A DNA stretch of 64,000 bases from a virus (Duplodnaviria; Caudoviricetes). The position numbers were made by a program, and so were the translations under genes. The notes beneath the pieces are model-generated. The model did not search any database and was not told where the DNA came from. It saw nothing but the letters and a program-made list of their open reading frames with translations. Shown here one piece after another: positions 10,079 to 19,200 of this stretch. Each line of letters begins with the position of its first letter. The first letter of the stretch is position 1. The stretch spans positions 224,001 to 288,000 of the IMG/VR virus record IMGVR_UViG_3300021431_000076. The stretch is one strand, 5' to 3'.

Positions 10079-10906
10079 ATGGCATCAGAAGTATTATTTT
10101 CCAAACCCGTTTATGACTACAATAAACCTTTATTAGAAAAGATTAAGACATATGAACTTAAAACAAAAGTAAACAAAATAACAATTCCTCAAGAAAATAT
10201 ATTTGCATACTATAATGATGAAGAGCATCCTATACTAATAACATATCTTCCTGATTATAATAACTATAGAATTGGTTATGAGATGGAAATAGATGATGAT
10301 ACAGAAACTATTACATTATCTTACATAGATAAGAAGTTTAATTATGTATTCTGCCCTACAGAAAAAGACTTTGCTAAACTTAACTTATTCTTTAACAAAG
10401 TATCTTCTGGAATTAAAGAACTTCATGATCTTAGAAATAAAAGAGTATATTCTACTAGTGCTATAAGAGCTTTCTATGTAGATAAGTCTATGTGGATCAA
10501 CAATAATGGTTTCTATGATATATATGTAGATATATTCATTTCTGGTACTGATAAAACATTTGGATTATATAGAAAATTCTTAGGGATGAACAATAGACAA
10601 CTGTTCTATCTTGTGGATGAGTTAGATGACGTTGATAAAATGCTTATGAAAAATCATCTCTTAAGAATATATCCTAGTGATAAACTTGGAATGAATGTAT
10701 ATAATAAGGAAATTGTCTTGGATGCGTCGGCAGTATTCTTATATGAGATAGGTCAATTCAGAAAAGACAATACAGCTTATAATAAAATTAAAGAAGAATA
10801 TTTAGATGATGTGCACAATTCAGTAGATGCTGAACAGCAACAATCATTTGATTTTCTCGTTGCTGAAGAAGCCAATAAAGATGCGGATTCAGACATTCCA
10901 TTTTAA
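10079..10906 (+). CDS. Hypothetical protein ending in an SSB-like acidic tail (DADSDIPF)
   Basis: SD AAGGAG before ATG 10079; AACA-N6-TG at 10034-10045. Confidence 0.75.
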   Translation: MASEVLFSKPVYDYNKPLLEKIKTYELKTKVNKITIPQENIFAYYNDEEHPILITYLPDYNNYRIGYEMEIDDDTETITLSYIDKKFNYVFCPTEKDFAKLNLFFNKVSSGIKELHDLRNKRVYSTSAIRAFYVDKSMWINNNGFYDIYVDIFISGTDKTFGLYRKFLGMNNRQLFYLVDELDDVDKMLMKNHLLRIYPSDKLGMNVYNKEIVLDASAVFLYEIGQFRKDNTAYNKIKEEYLDDVHNSVDAEQQQSFDFLVAEEANKDADSDIPF

Positions 10907-10918
10907 GGAGGATTCTCT

Positions 10919-11218
10919 ATGACTATTGAAGAAGCACTAAATATTTTATGTAAAAAATCGTATCTTGTAGATAAATCAAATAATGATAATATAGTTCCGC
11001 TAGATCAATTCTATGGAGTAGATTGTACAGCTGATGATACCTATATTATATTTGATTGTGATATAAAGGATGGTGTACCAGATATATATAGACTTCTTCC
11101 ACCAATAGAAACAGAAACTATGGGTTTAAATGTAGAAAAAGTTACAGATTCATGTGAATATGAATCAGTATATTGGCGTTACACCACATTAGAAAAAGAG
11201 ACTAATTCTCAAAAGTAA
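10919..11218 (+). CDS. Hypothetical protein
   Basis: SD AAGGAGG. Confidence 0.75.
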   Translation: MTIEEALNILCKKSYLVDKSNNDNIVPLDQFYGVDCTADDTYIIFDCDIKDGVPDIYRLLPPIETETMGLNVEKVTDSCEYESVYWRYTTLEKETNSQK

Positions 11219-11246
11219 ACTAAAAAATAGATATATACTATATAAG

Positions 11247-11445
11247 TGTAGAAACAGGTATTAGTTAGTCAAACCTCCGCATGATAGGTTAAATTATGCA
11301 CAAATATACAAAAATACATGAGTATTGAAAATACACCGATTGGCTAATACCTGCGACTACATTGAGCTTGTTGCTCTGGTTGAGGAATACTTATACAGAA
11401 ATAACTATAGGACGAGTCCCTCTAGGCTCGTCCTATAAGTTATTC
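11247..11445 (+). ncRNA. Candidate structured non-coding RNA or leader
   Basis: Starts at an early promoter; 16-bp stem 11255-11270/11338-11353 with three G-U pairs; no ORF; long hairpin 11399-11445. Confidence 0.5.
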
Positions 11446-11477
11446 GAATTCACAAAATTTTTTAGAAAGGTGATAAT

Positions 11478-12008
11478 ATGAAACTTACGTTTATTGATGT
11501 AACTGGTAAGCCTGAACTTGTAGAATGGGTTCAGAATAAGGAAACTGGTGGTAAAGCTTCCATATTCAGATTCTATGCTTTAGAAATGTTAGGCACTCCA
11601 TTAAAAGCATTGATGCCATTGGCTGATACTATGATGTATCTCAATCCAACAATAGATGGAGATGAAAACTCTAGGATATTTGATGAGAAGTATGCAGATC
11701 AATTATCCAATTTCCCAGCAACCAAGTTTGATCTAGCAGTTCTACTGGAACAACTTCAGTTAAAGGATGAAGTATATGTAGTATGTAACTATACTCATCC
11801 TACAGTAGGTCCTATTGTAGATAGTCTCTCTAAGTATATCCAACAGAAATATACTTTTCAAGGTATATATCTGGTAAATGATCTTGAAGATATTGATGAA
11901 TTTGCCACATCTGAATTTGATACAGATGAAGGATATGCTGCCTTTGTCAAAGATGTTGAGTGGATGACTGGTCAAAGAGATGAAATGGCAACAGCTCTTA
12001 AGAAGTGA
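11478..12008 (+). CDS. Hypothetical protein
   Basis: SD GAAAGGTG; 176 aa. Confidence 0.8.
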   Translation: MKLTFIDVTGKPELVEWVQNKETGGKASIFRFYALEMLGTPLKALMPLADTMMYLNPTIDGDENSRIFDEKYADQLSNFPATKFDLAVLLEQLQLKDEVYVVCNYTHPTVGPIVDSLSKYIQQKYTFQGIYLVNDLEDIDEFATSEFDTDEGYAAFVKDVEWMTGQRDEMATALKK

Positions 12009-12013
12009 TTTAG

Positions 12014-12790
12014 ATGTTATATGAGAGAACACTGTATTCAGCTCCATATCAATATCTAATCAATAGGAATATACAAGAGTATGATATATCCAAAGCAAAT
12101 ATATCTATATTACTAGATATAGGATATATTACTAAAGAAGAATACGATTATCTGTATAGACTTCCCAAACAACAAAGAGAAGTCAAAGTTGGTTGGAAGA
12201 TGAGAAGTGATCAGAATATGATAAAAGCATTAAATTATGGTTTCATAGAAGCAAGGAAGACGTTCTTTGAGTTAAATGAGATCAATGATATGAATGTATT
12301 GTATATTGATAAAGATTCTATCACATTGATAGATACTAATATCAAAACTACAAAAGTATCTGATCATGTAGAATTTATCCCAAAAAGTAGATATACTAGT
12401 TTATACCGATTGGGTCAAGTTCATTTTCTATATCTTAATGACAACACATACAGATTTAAGTATGTAAATCAAGAGATGCTAGAATCTTACCATTCTGGAT
12501 TCTTTATAGACTTTCTATTGTTCATAGCAGAAGAAGCTCAAACTAATTCTGCTAATGAATGTATTGGTTATGTCAGAAGCTTCTATAACCAATATGTATC
12601 TAGAACTTTGGATATAAGATACTATAGGGAATTCAATCAGATGTGTAAGTATAAGATTCTCAACAGTGGTTATTATTTAGCTATTGATAATCCTAGTGCT
12701 ATAGAGATAGTGGATATATCCTATAATGCTAGGATTATTCAGGATATATACAAATCATTAGCTAATGAGTATTTCAAAGGTGTTAAATAG
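12014..12790 (+). CDS. Family B DNA polymerase-like catalytic fragment
   Basis: EYDISKAN (motif A-like) and YIDKDSI (motif C-like); small split-polymerase pieces occur in phiKZ/AR9-like phages. Confidence 0.5.
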   Translation: MLYERTLYSAPYQYLINRNIQEYDISKANISILLDIGYITKEEYDYLYRLPKQQREVKVGWKMRSDQNMIKALNYGFIEARKTFFELNEINDMNVLYIDKDSITLIDTNIKTTKVSDHVEFIPKSRYTSLYRLGQVHFLYLNDNTYRFKYVNQEMLESYHSGFFIDFLLFIAEEAQTNSANECIGYVRSFYNQYVSRTLDIRYYREFNQMCKYKILNSGYYLAIDNPSAIEIVDISYNARIIQDIYKSLANEYFKGVK

Positions 12791-12802
12791 GAGGAATTCA
12801 AA

Positions 12803-12892
12803 ATGTTTACTTGGTTTCTTAGTTGTTTCTGTGCAGCAATTGTTACTTGTGTAGTATTGCACATTCGTAATGATTTAGCGTTCAATTTCTAA
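12803..12892 (+). CDS. 29-aa hydrophobic peptide MFTWFLSCFCAAIVTCVVLHIRNDLAFNF
   Basis: Not in the ORF track; strong SD GGAGGAATTCAAAATG. Confidence 0.6.
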   Translation: MFTWFLSCFCAAIVTCVVLHIRNDLAFNF

Positions 12893-12905
12893 GGAGGAGT
12901 TCAAA

Positions 12906-13058
12906 ATGTTTGGTTCGATTTTAGGTTTCTTTGCAAAAACTATTGTTCAGGCAGTTGTTACTGCTGCTGTTACTATTGCCGGTATGCTTGTGGTTGCTCA
13001 ACAGATGGTAAACAGAATTCAGGATAATTACTACACTGATTTTGAGCCGGTTTATTAA
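12906..13058 (+). CDS. 50-aa single-TM membrane peptide MFGSILGFFAKTIVQAVVTAAVTIAGMLVVAQQ...
   Basis: Not in the ORF track; strong SD GGAGGAGTTCAAAATG. Confidence 0.7.
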   Translation: MFGSILGFFAKTIVQAVVTAAVTIAGMLVVAQQMVNRIQDNYYTDFEPVY

Positions 13059-13159
13059 GCATTATATGTTGTTTTAATTATCTAATATCGACCCACTTGG
13101 TAGGTGTGGTTAGATATTAAGACAGTTAGATATGCATTATTGTATCCAAAAAGGAGTGG

Positions 13160-13486
13160 TTGGATTTGATATCCAAAACCAAAGCCCTTGAACTATATGA
13201 TCAAGTGGCTAAAGATGAGTCTGATGTTAAGGAGGCGATAAATAGACTCAGAATTCATCCTAGATGTGTTTTATCTATAGAAACACTGGATATGATATGG
13301 GATGGATTGCTAATGGCTGCTAATGACTTTCATAGAGAAGTATTGGCAGATCCCTTGAGTGATGCTATGGTACCGAAGGCAGAGCTCGTACGTTATTATA
13401 AGAAAGTATTCTTTAATAACGTTGTGTTCCGAGAGGTTTACTGCAATTGCAGTTACCTACCAGATCTTTCGGAATACTCCCATTAG
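13160..13486 (+). CDS. Hypothetical protein
   Basis: SD AAGGAG before TTG; followed by GTGCCC-TTCG-GGGCAC hairpin. Confidence 0.65.
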   Translation: MDLISKTKALELYDQVAKDESDVKEAINRLRIHPRCVLSIETLDMIWDGLLMAANDFHREVLADPLSDAMVPKAELVRYYKKVFFNNVVFREVYCNCSYLPDLSEYSH

Positions 13487-13555
13487 AGAAAGTTCCTCAC
13501 AAAAGGTGCCCTTCGGGGCACTCTGGACTTTTTGTTTAAAAAAGAGGTTTTAAAT

Positions 13556-14356
13556 ATGAAAGCAGAACAAATGTATAGATGTCTCAATGCTCAAATCAAA
13601 ACACAGACTAGCTTTATAGCAATGGTCGGTTCTCACAATTATAATCTTGCTGATGCCAATTCAGATTATGATTTTAAGTTATTTATCTATCCTACATTTA
13701 TGGATTTATATAATGGAGCTAAAAAGAATGGATTTGATGTTAAGGTAAAAGAATGTGATCTTAAGACCACAGATATAAGAAAGCTCAAAGATTGTTTAGT
13801 AAAATCTAGTTTTAATTTTGCTGAAACTTTCTTCTCTGATGATATCTATATTCCTACCAATGAGGATGAAAATTTAGATAAAGCTAATAGAGAAATGGTT
13901 AATTTCTTTATTCGTAATAGAGAATCTATGGCTGCACTGAATATAAGATACCTTATCAAAACAAGTAAAGGTATGATTCAATCTAGAACTAATGCATTTA
14001 CTAACAATGGTAAGTATAAATCAGCAGCTGAAGCATATAAAACTGGAATTATGCTTGGAAGATATCTTACAAATCTTATGAAGCAAGAAGAAGATCCTTT
14101 CTTAAATGCTATAAAGTTTAGCAAGTCTGATGCTATGAGAGAACCATATTTTCAGATGAGACAGAAAGCTATTACTGATAGAAAGATACTTAGTTATATA
14201 GATTTGGCTAATAAAGATCTTGATAAGATAATAGAAGAAGGAAAATTTGAGGATAGAGAAAAAGATCATGTGATGACATATGCAATGGAAAAAGTTCTCC
14301 ATAAATCTTTGGCTAAACGTATTCAAGTGGAATTGAATAATAAGTATACCAAATAA
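13556..14356 (+). CDS. Pol-beta superfamily nucleotidyltransferase
   Basis: GSxxYxL...SDxD motif (VGSHNYNLADANSDYDFK). Confidence 0.75.
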   Translation: MKAEQMYRCLNAQIKTQTSFIAMVGSHNYNLADANSDYDFKLFIYPTFMDLYNGAKKNGFDVKVKECDLKTTDIRKLKDCLVKSSFNFAETFFSDDIYIPTNEDENLDKANREMVNFFIRNRESMAALNIRYLIKTSKGMIQSRTNAFTNNGKYKSAAEAYKTGIMLGRYLTNLMKQEEDPFLNAIKFSKSDAMREPYFQMRQKAITDRKILSYIDLANKDLDKIIEEGKFEDREKDHVMTYAMEKVLHKSLAKRIQVELNNKYTK

Positions 14357-14360
14357 ATAT

Positions 14361-14392
14361 AAGAGTAGTCCAAATGGACTACTCTTTTTTTT
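14361..14392. terminator. Terminator between convergent genes
   Basis: AAGAGTAGTCC-AAAT-GGACTACTCTT plus T run. Confidence 0.75.
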
Positions 14393-14999
14393 AGTTCATA
14401 TTTGGTACTTTAGCACTATAGATTTGTTTATTATTATTAGCAACAAAGAGAGATACGAATTGATAGCACATTCTCCCTAAAATTATATCAGTTCTTCCTT
14501 GCCCATAATACATATCCAGTTTAGTTCTAAGAGAAGGAGACATGTTACTAGCAACAGACTCTAATAATGTATTTAACATTTCTTGTTCATCTTTAGTATT
14601 GATATATTCTTTATCCTGTAATCCTCTAAAGAATAATACATCTCTATCAAAACATTCAGATACATATGAAGTTAATAATACCTTTAAACTTTCTGGACCA
14701 TCATTTAGTCTATCTATATCTATAATAGCAAGTTTATCTTTTTCTCTCTGATATTCCATCTTACGATTAATAAGAATAAAGATATATAAAATAGACCCCC
14801 AAAAAGCATAAGTCCATAGTTCTCCAAGTAATCCCATGATAACTACAAAGATAAATATAGACTGACCCTTATTTTCTATTATATCTTTAATTACATCTTT
14901 TATTCCACTACCTAAAAAGTTCTTAACTGATATAAGATTCATCTTAGCACTATTCTTCCAATCAGTCATCTTATTTGCTACTTTTACTAATACATTCAT
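14391..14999 (-). CDS. Membrane protein of unknown function
   Basis: Hydrophobic segment IFIFVVIMGLLGELWTYAFWGSILYIFILI; overlaps upstream gene stop. Confidence 0.75.
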   Translation of the reverse strand: MNVLVKVANKMTDWKNSAKMNLISVKNFLGSGIKDVIKDIIENKGQSIFIFVVIMGLLGELWTYAFWGSILYIFILINRKMEYQREKDKLAIIDIDRLNDGPESLKVLLTSYVSECFDRDVLFFRGLQDKEYINTKDEQEMLNTLLESVASNMSPSLRTKLDMYYGQGRTDIILGRMCYQFVSLFVANNNKQIYSAKVPNMN

Positions 15000-15685
15000 T
15001 GTACTTTAACCCCTTTCAAACCAGACCAATCTAACAATTCATTATTAAGTTGCAATAGTTTTTGATTTCTATCTTCATAGATTGGGAATTTGTCTTCTCT
15101 TGCTTTCTTAAGATACATCATAAGTTTAAACATGATATCTCTATTAAGCCCTAATTTATATCTTTCTATTAACTCCCACCACTTACCAAAGCACATATTA
15201 GGATGAATATATAAATAGTTGTTATGGTATTGCTGATGGCAAGTCTTACATAGCATAACAATTGGTATTCTATTCTGTGCATGTTCGCACTTAAGTATTT
15301 CAGCTAAGTCATATTCTGTAATAGCCCCTATAGTATTAAGAACATGCTCAGTTATCATAATGGCAATATCATATATATTAAGCATACAATGATGCATTTC
15401 TAAGATAGTGTCTTTATCATCTTCAGTATCTTGAATATATGGATGGAATTGACAACAGTTCATTCCTATAGAATATAAGTATGCTTTATAATGTGAATAT
15501 GTTCTACTATGTCTAAATAGACGTATAGCAGAGTCTAGGAATGCTTTATATTCTTCTAAATCATAAGTACCTTCTCTTGTAAGTGCAAATTGAATAGCAT
15601 AGTCAGCATTGGGAGATAGTATTTCTGGATTTCCAGTATCATTCTTTAATATAATATCAGGATAGTTTACATTAGTAAGATTCAT
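14996..15685 (-). CDS. HNH-like (His-Me finger) protein
   Basis: CCQFH...LEMHH...LCKTCHQQYH; SD AAGGTGGT before ATG 15685. Confidence 0.6.
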   Translation of the reverse strand: MNLTNVNYPDIILKNDTGNPEILSPNADYAIQFALTREGTYDLEEYKAFLDSAIRLFRHSRTYSHYKAYLYSIGMNCCQFHPYIQDTEDDKDTILEMHHCMLNIYDIAIMITEHVLNTIGAITEYDLAEILKCEHAQNRIPIVMLCKTCHQQYHNNYLYIHPNMCFGKWWELIERYKLGLNRDIMFKLMMYLKKAREDKFPIYEDRNQKLLQLNNELLDWSGLKGVKVQ

Positions 15686-15814
15686 TGTTTTCACCACCTT
15701 TATATTTTTGTAAAACTAAGATATTTCAAATGTATATTATTGCCGTGATAAAGACAAGATCTACATCCAGGAGATTAGGGTGTAGACATGTAGAATTGAA
15801 AGGAGTCCTTTATC

Positions 15815-16099
15815 ATGTTAGTTTACATCAAAGAAAACCAGCTCGGTCGTGCTAATTTCGTTAACGCTGAAATCGGGAAAGATTGGATAAGCGTCACGAT
15901 CAAAAATCCTGAGAATGGTGAAGTTATTGAGTTTTCTCATGAATTAGAACTTGAGAAGAAATTCAATAAAAAAGCATTGATGATCATTTTCGAACGCGTA
16001 AAAAATGTCGAAAATGATCATCGAAATATATTGGATGAGGAGTACGTCGAAGAGACAGCAAAACTCATCCAAAAGAAAGCCGACAACGAATGGTTCTGA
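15815..16099 (+). CDS. Hypothetical protein (stand-alone early gene, class I leader)
   Basis: SD GAAAGGAG; own promoter and terminator (16105-16160). Confidence 0.8.
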   Translation: MLVYIKENQLGRANFVNAEIGKDWISVTIKNPENGEVIEFSHELELEKKFNKKALMIIFERVKNVENDHRNILDEEYVEETAKLIQKKADNEWF

Positions 16100-16215
16100 G
16101 AATAAAAGGGGGTAGCAAAAAGCACGGGAGTATGCATAGTGCTACTCCCCTTTTATTTTTTCCTAATTTAATGTCTTCAGCCTGAATCTGGATATCTGGA
16201 TATAATGATATGGAA

Positions 16216-16227
16216 AACATTTGGGTA
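16216..16227 (+). promoter_or_regulatory. Late-type promoter AACA-N6-TA
   Basis: AACATTTGGGTA just upstream of a structural gene; matches the late consensus known for phage AR9. Confidence 0.5.
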
Positions 16228-16255
16228 AGATATTAGGAAGGAAGGAGAGATATGT

Positions 16256-19200
16256 GTGAGTTTAAGGTTTAGTGATGAGCTATTAAACACAGAAAATCCT
16301 TTTATTGATCTATTAATGTACAACCTAAAAATACTAGCATTTAACTGTGTTATTAAGAATGAGTATGATGCAAATGAAGCTGAAACAGAAGAGTCTCTAA
16401 AGAACTCTTCTATATATATCGCTTGTTTAGAAAATAAAGCTCATATTGAGTTATTTGATGAAATTCCTGTTTCTTTTTTGCAACAAGTTGGAATGCCTCA
16501 ATCACAAATAGATCTGTATGTAAATAATGGATATGATAAATATTATATACCTAAAGATATAGTATGGGATTATAATACTAAAGATTATGTTCCTAGTGGA
16601 ACTACTTATGAAGCAGACTTAAAACCATTATTACAAAATTGGTTTATAGCTAAATATGAAAATAACCATTATGAAGGAGAATTAAATAACTATTATAGAA
16701 AGATATTAGGTATACCTCCAGTAGGAGACTGGGGAATACCTATGGTTGAGTATGAATATTTATTTCCTTCTTATTTTACATATACTGGAGATTTTTTACA
16801 TGAGATAGGTCCAGATGCCTGCAAAACTCTTGATAGATTAGGAATACTAGATATAATAAAAGCAGATTATCCAGATGCTGATTATCTAGACTATGTTACT
16901 TGTGGTATTACTGCATATGATGCTAGAAATAAAATGGATATGCAGATATTATGGCATCCTAGTGTAGAAGAATTATCATATGACAATGAAGAATTAAATG
17001 TTAATACATTTAAAGCTATGATTCAAGAATTTGAAGATAAATATATTCAAAATAGAGAATTTATGCAAACAGCAGTATATTCTCAAGCAATGGAGATAGC
17101 ATCTACAGAATATCATTCTTTTATGATTCTATATACACTAATGATTACTATGATGGATATTCTTACAGAGATTCAATCTCATATTATCAAAAAAGATATC
17201 TTAAATAGAAGATGTGTACAATATATTTTATCTATGTATGGTATTCCATTCTATAGAAAGATACCAGAAAAGTTTCAAGAAAGAATAGCAAAGAACTGTC
17301 ATACTCTTATAAAGTATAAAGCTTCTCCACAAGGAATGGAGAACATAAAAGATATTTTTGATGCTCAAGATATTCAATTATATAAATATTATATCTTAAA
17401 AGCTAGAAAATTTGATTCATATGGAAGCTTTGCTTTTTCCGAATCTGATAAATTAGTATGTGGATATAATGATATAATTCTTCATGAAACTCTTAAAGAA
17501 ACAGTTGGTAATCCACCTCCAGCTCAACCTGTTCCTACTAATCTAAATTATACAACAAAATACCTATATGAAGATAGTGTATTAAACATGCCGCTAGATG
17601 GAACATATACATCTGGTATAGATGATCAAGTATTGACTGCTAACGCTACTAGTGATGCTCTTATTGGTGGAACTTATGCTGGTCAAGCTGCTGCTAACTT
17701 TACTGCTTTGACAGCAACAGACTATGTTCAGAGATATATACGTTGGCCTTTTCAATATTTTTTACAGAAAGGAAATGTATTCTTTGTTAAAATAGGAGAT
17801 TATATATTAAAGGAAGGAACAGACTTTGTTGTATATAACTATAACAAGATAAGAATTAAGAAGTCATTAATGACAAATCCAAATGCTGTTATTACATATG
17901 AATTCTATTATGATAAAGATACAATAAATGAGCCTTTTGATATTACACTAGATTATTCTTTGGTTACAAAAACCAAGAAAATTATAGGTACAACTTCTAA
18001 AACATATAGTCTAAAACCGTTACCATTTCCTACTTATCTTACTGAAGGAAATCAGGTTATTATATCTATTGGTTCTGTATGGTTAGCTGAGAATATGTAT
18101 ACTATAGATGTGAATAACCAAACTGTTACTATAACAGATAATTCTCTAGATCTAAATGGTAGAGAGATATATGCTATTCTTATATATTCTAAATTGATGC
18201 GATCAAAGTATGAGAAACATTATGTAGCAGTAACTTCTAACAACCAAAAGAAGTTCTATATACCAGAACCATATCAAAATTACGTAATAAATGAAAACTC
18301 ATTTTATGTAACTGCTGGTGATACATATATAGCACCAGAAAGATATAATATTGTTCCTTCTACAACTCAAGGTCAATCATATATAGAATTTAATGATAAT
18401 AGTAAATTTATTACAAGAAGAGGATTGTTATTCAACTTCATTTATAATCAAAATGCTATATTAAATAAGATAGATCTTAAAAGAAAATCTATCATAGTTA
18501 CAGTACAAGAACACTATCAATCTGAATTTGATATTACTTGGCCTACTAAAAATTATATAACTTCTGGTTATTTAGTATTTGTTAAATTATTTGGATGGTA
18601 TCTACCAAAAGAATCTTTCAGTTGTACTAATAAGAAACTATTATTACTAGATGAATCTTTGGCATTACCTGCTGGAACTCAAATAGAATTGGTGTGCTTC
18701 TATTGTAATAAAGATAGAACAACTGATGCTCATGATAACATTCGTATAGATAAAGATTATAGAATAGCAACTTCAGATAGACAAAAAACATTTAACTTCA
18801 AAGTTCCAGTAAAGCATTATGATACCAAATTTAATAAGATTATAGTAGATATAAATGGCAATGTATTGGAGTCAAATCAATATACAATAGATCTTAATCA
18901 TGTTAATACTGGTGCTGTTTTAAATATCACTTACTATTACCAAAGACCAATGAAAGACCAAAGGGTTAATCTTACCTTTGTATATAACCAAGATGCTGAA
19001 TATATACCTGTGATTAAACAACAGCATATTCCTATTACATCTACTAATCATAATACATTTGATTTAGATTTCCCATTCTTCCCATATTTACAATCAAATC
19101 ATGACTTCTTAGTATCTGTTGGTTCTACATTGATAAATAAGTCTAGAATACACATGAAAGATCAATTTACTTTCGAAGTAGAAGGATTGAATACTAAAGT

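Noticed and set aside
14996-15685. Mobile homing endonuclease or intron
   Set aside because: The HNH-like gene is coupled to a membrane-protein gene and interrupts nothing; no intron structure was seen.
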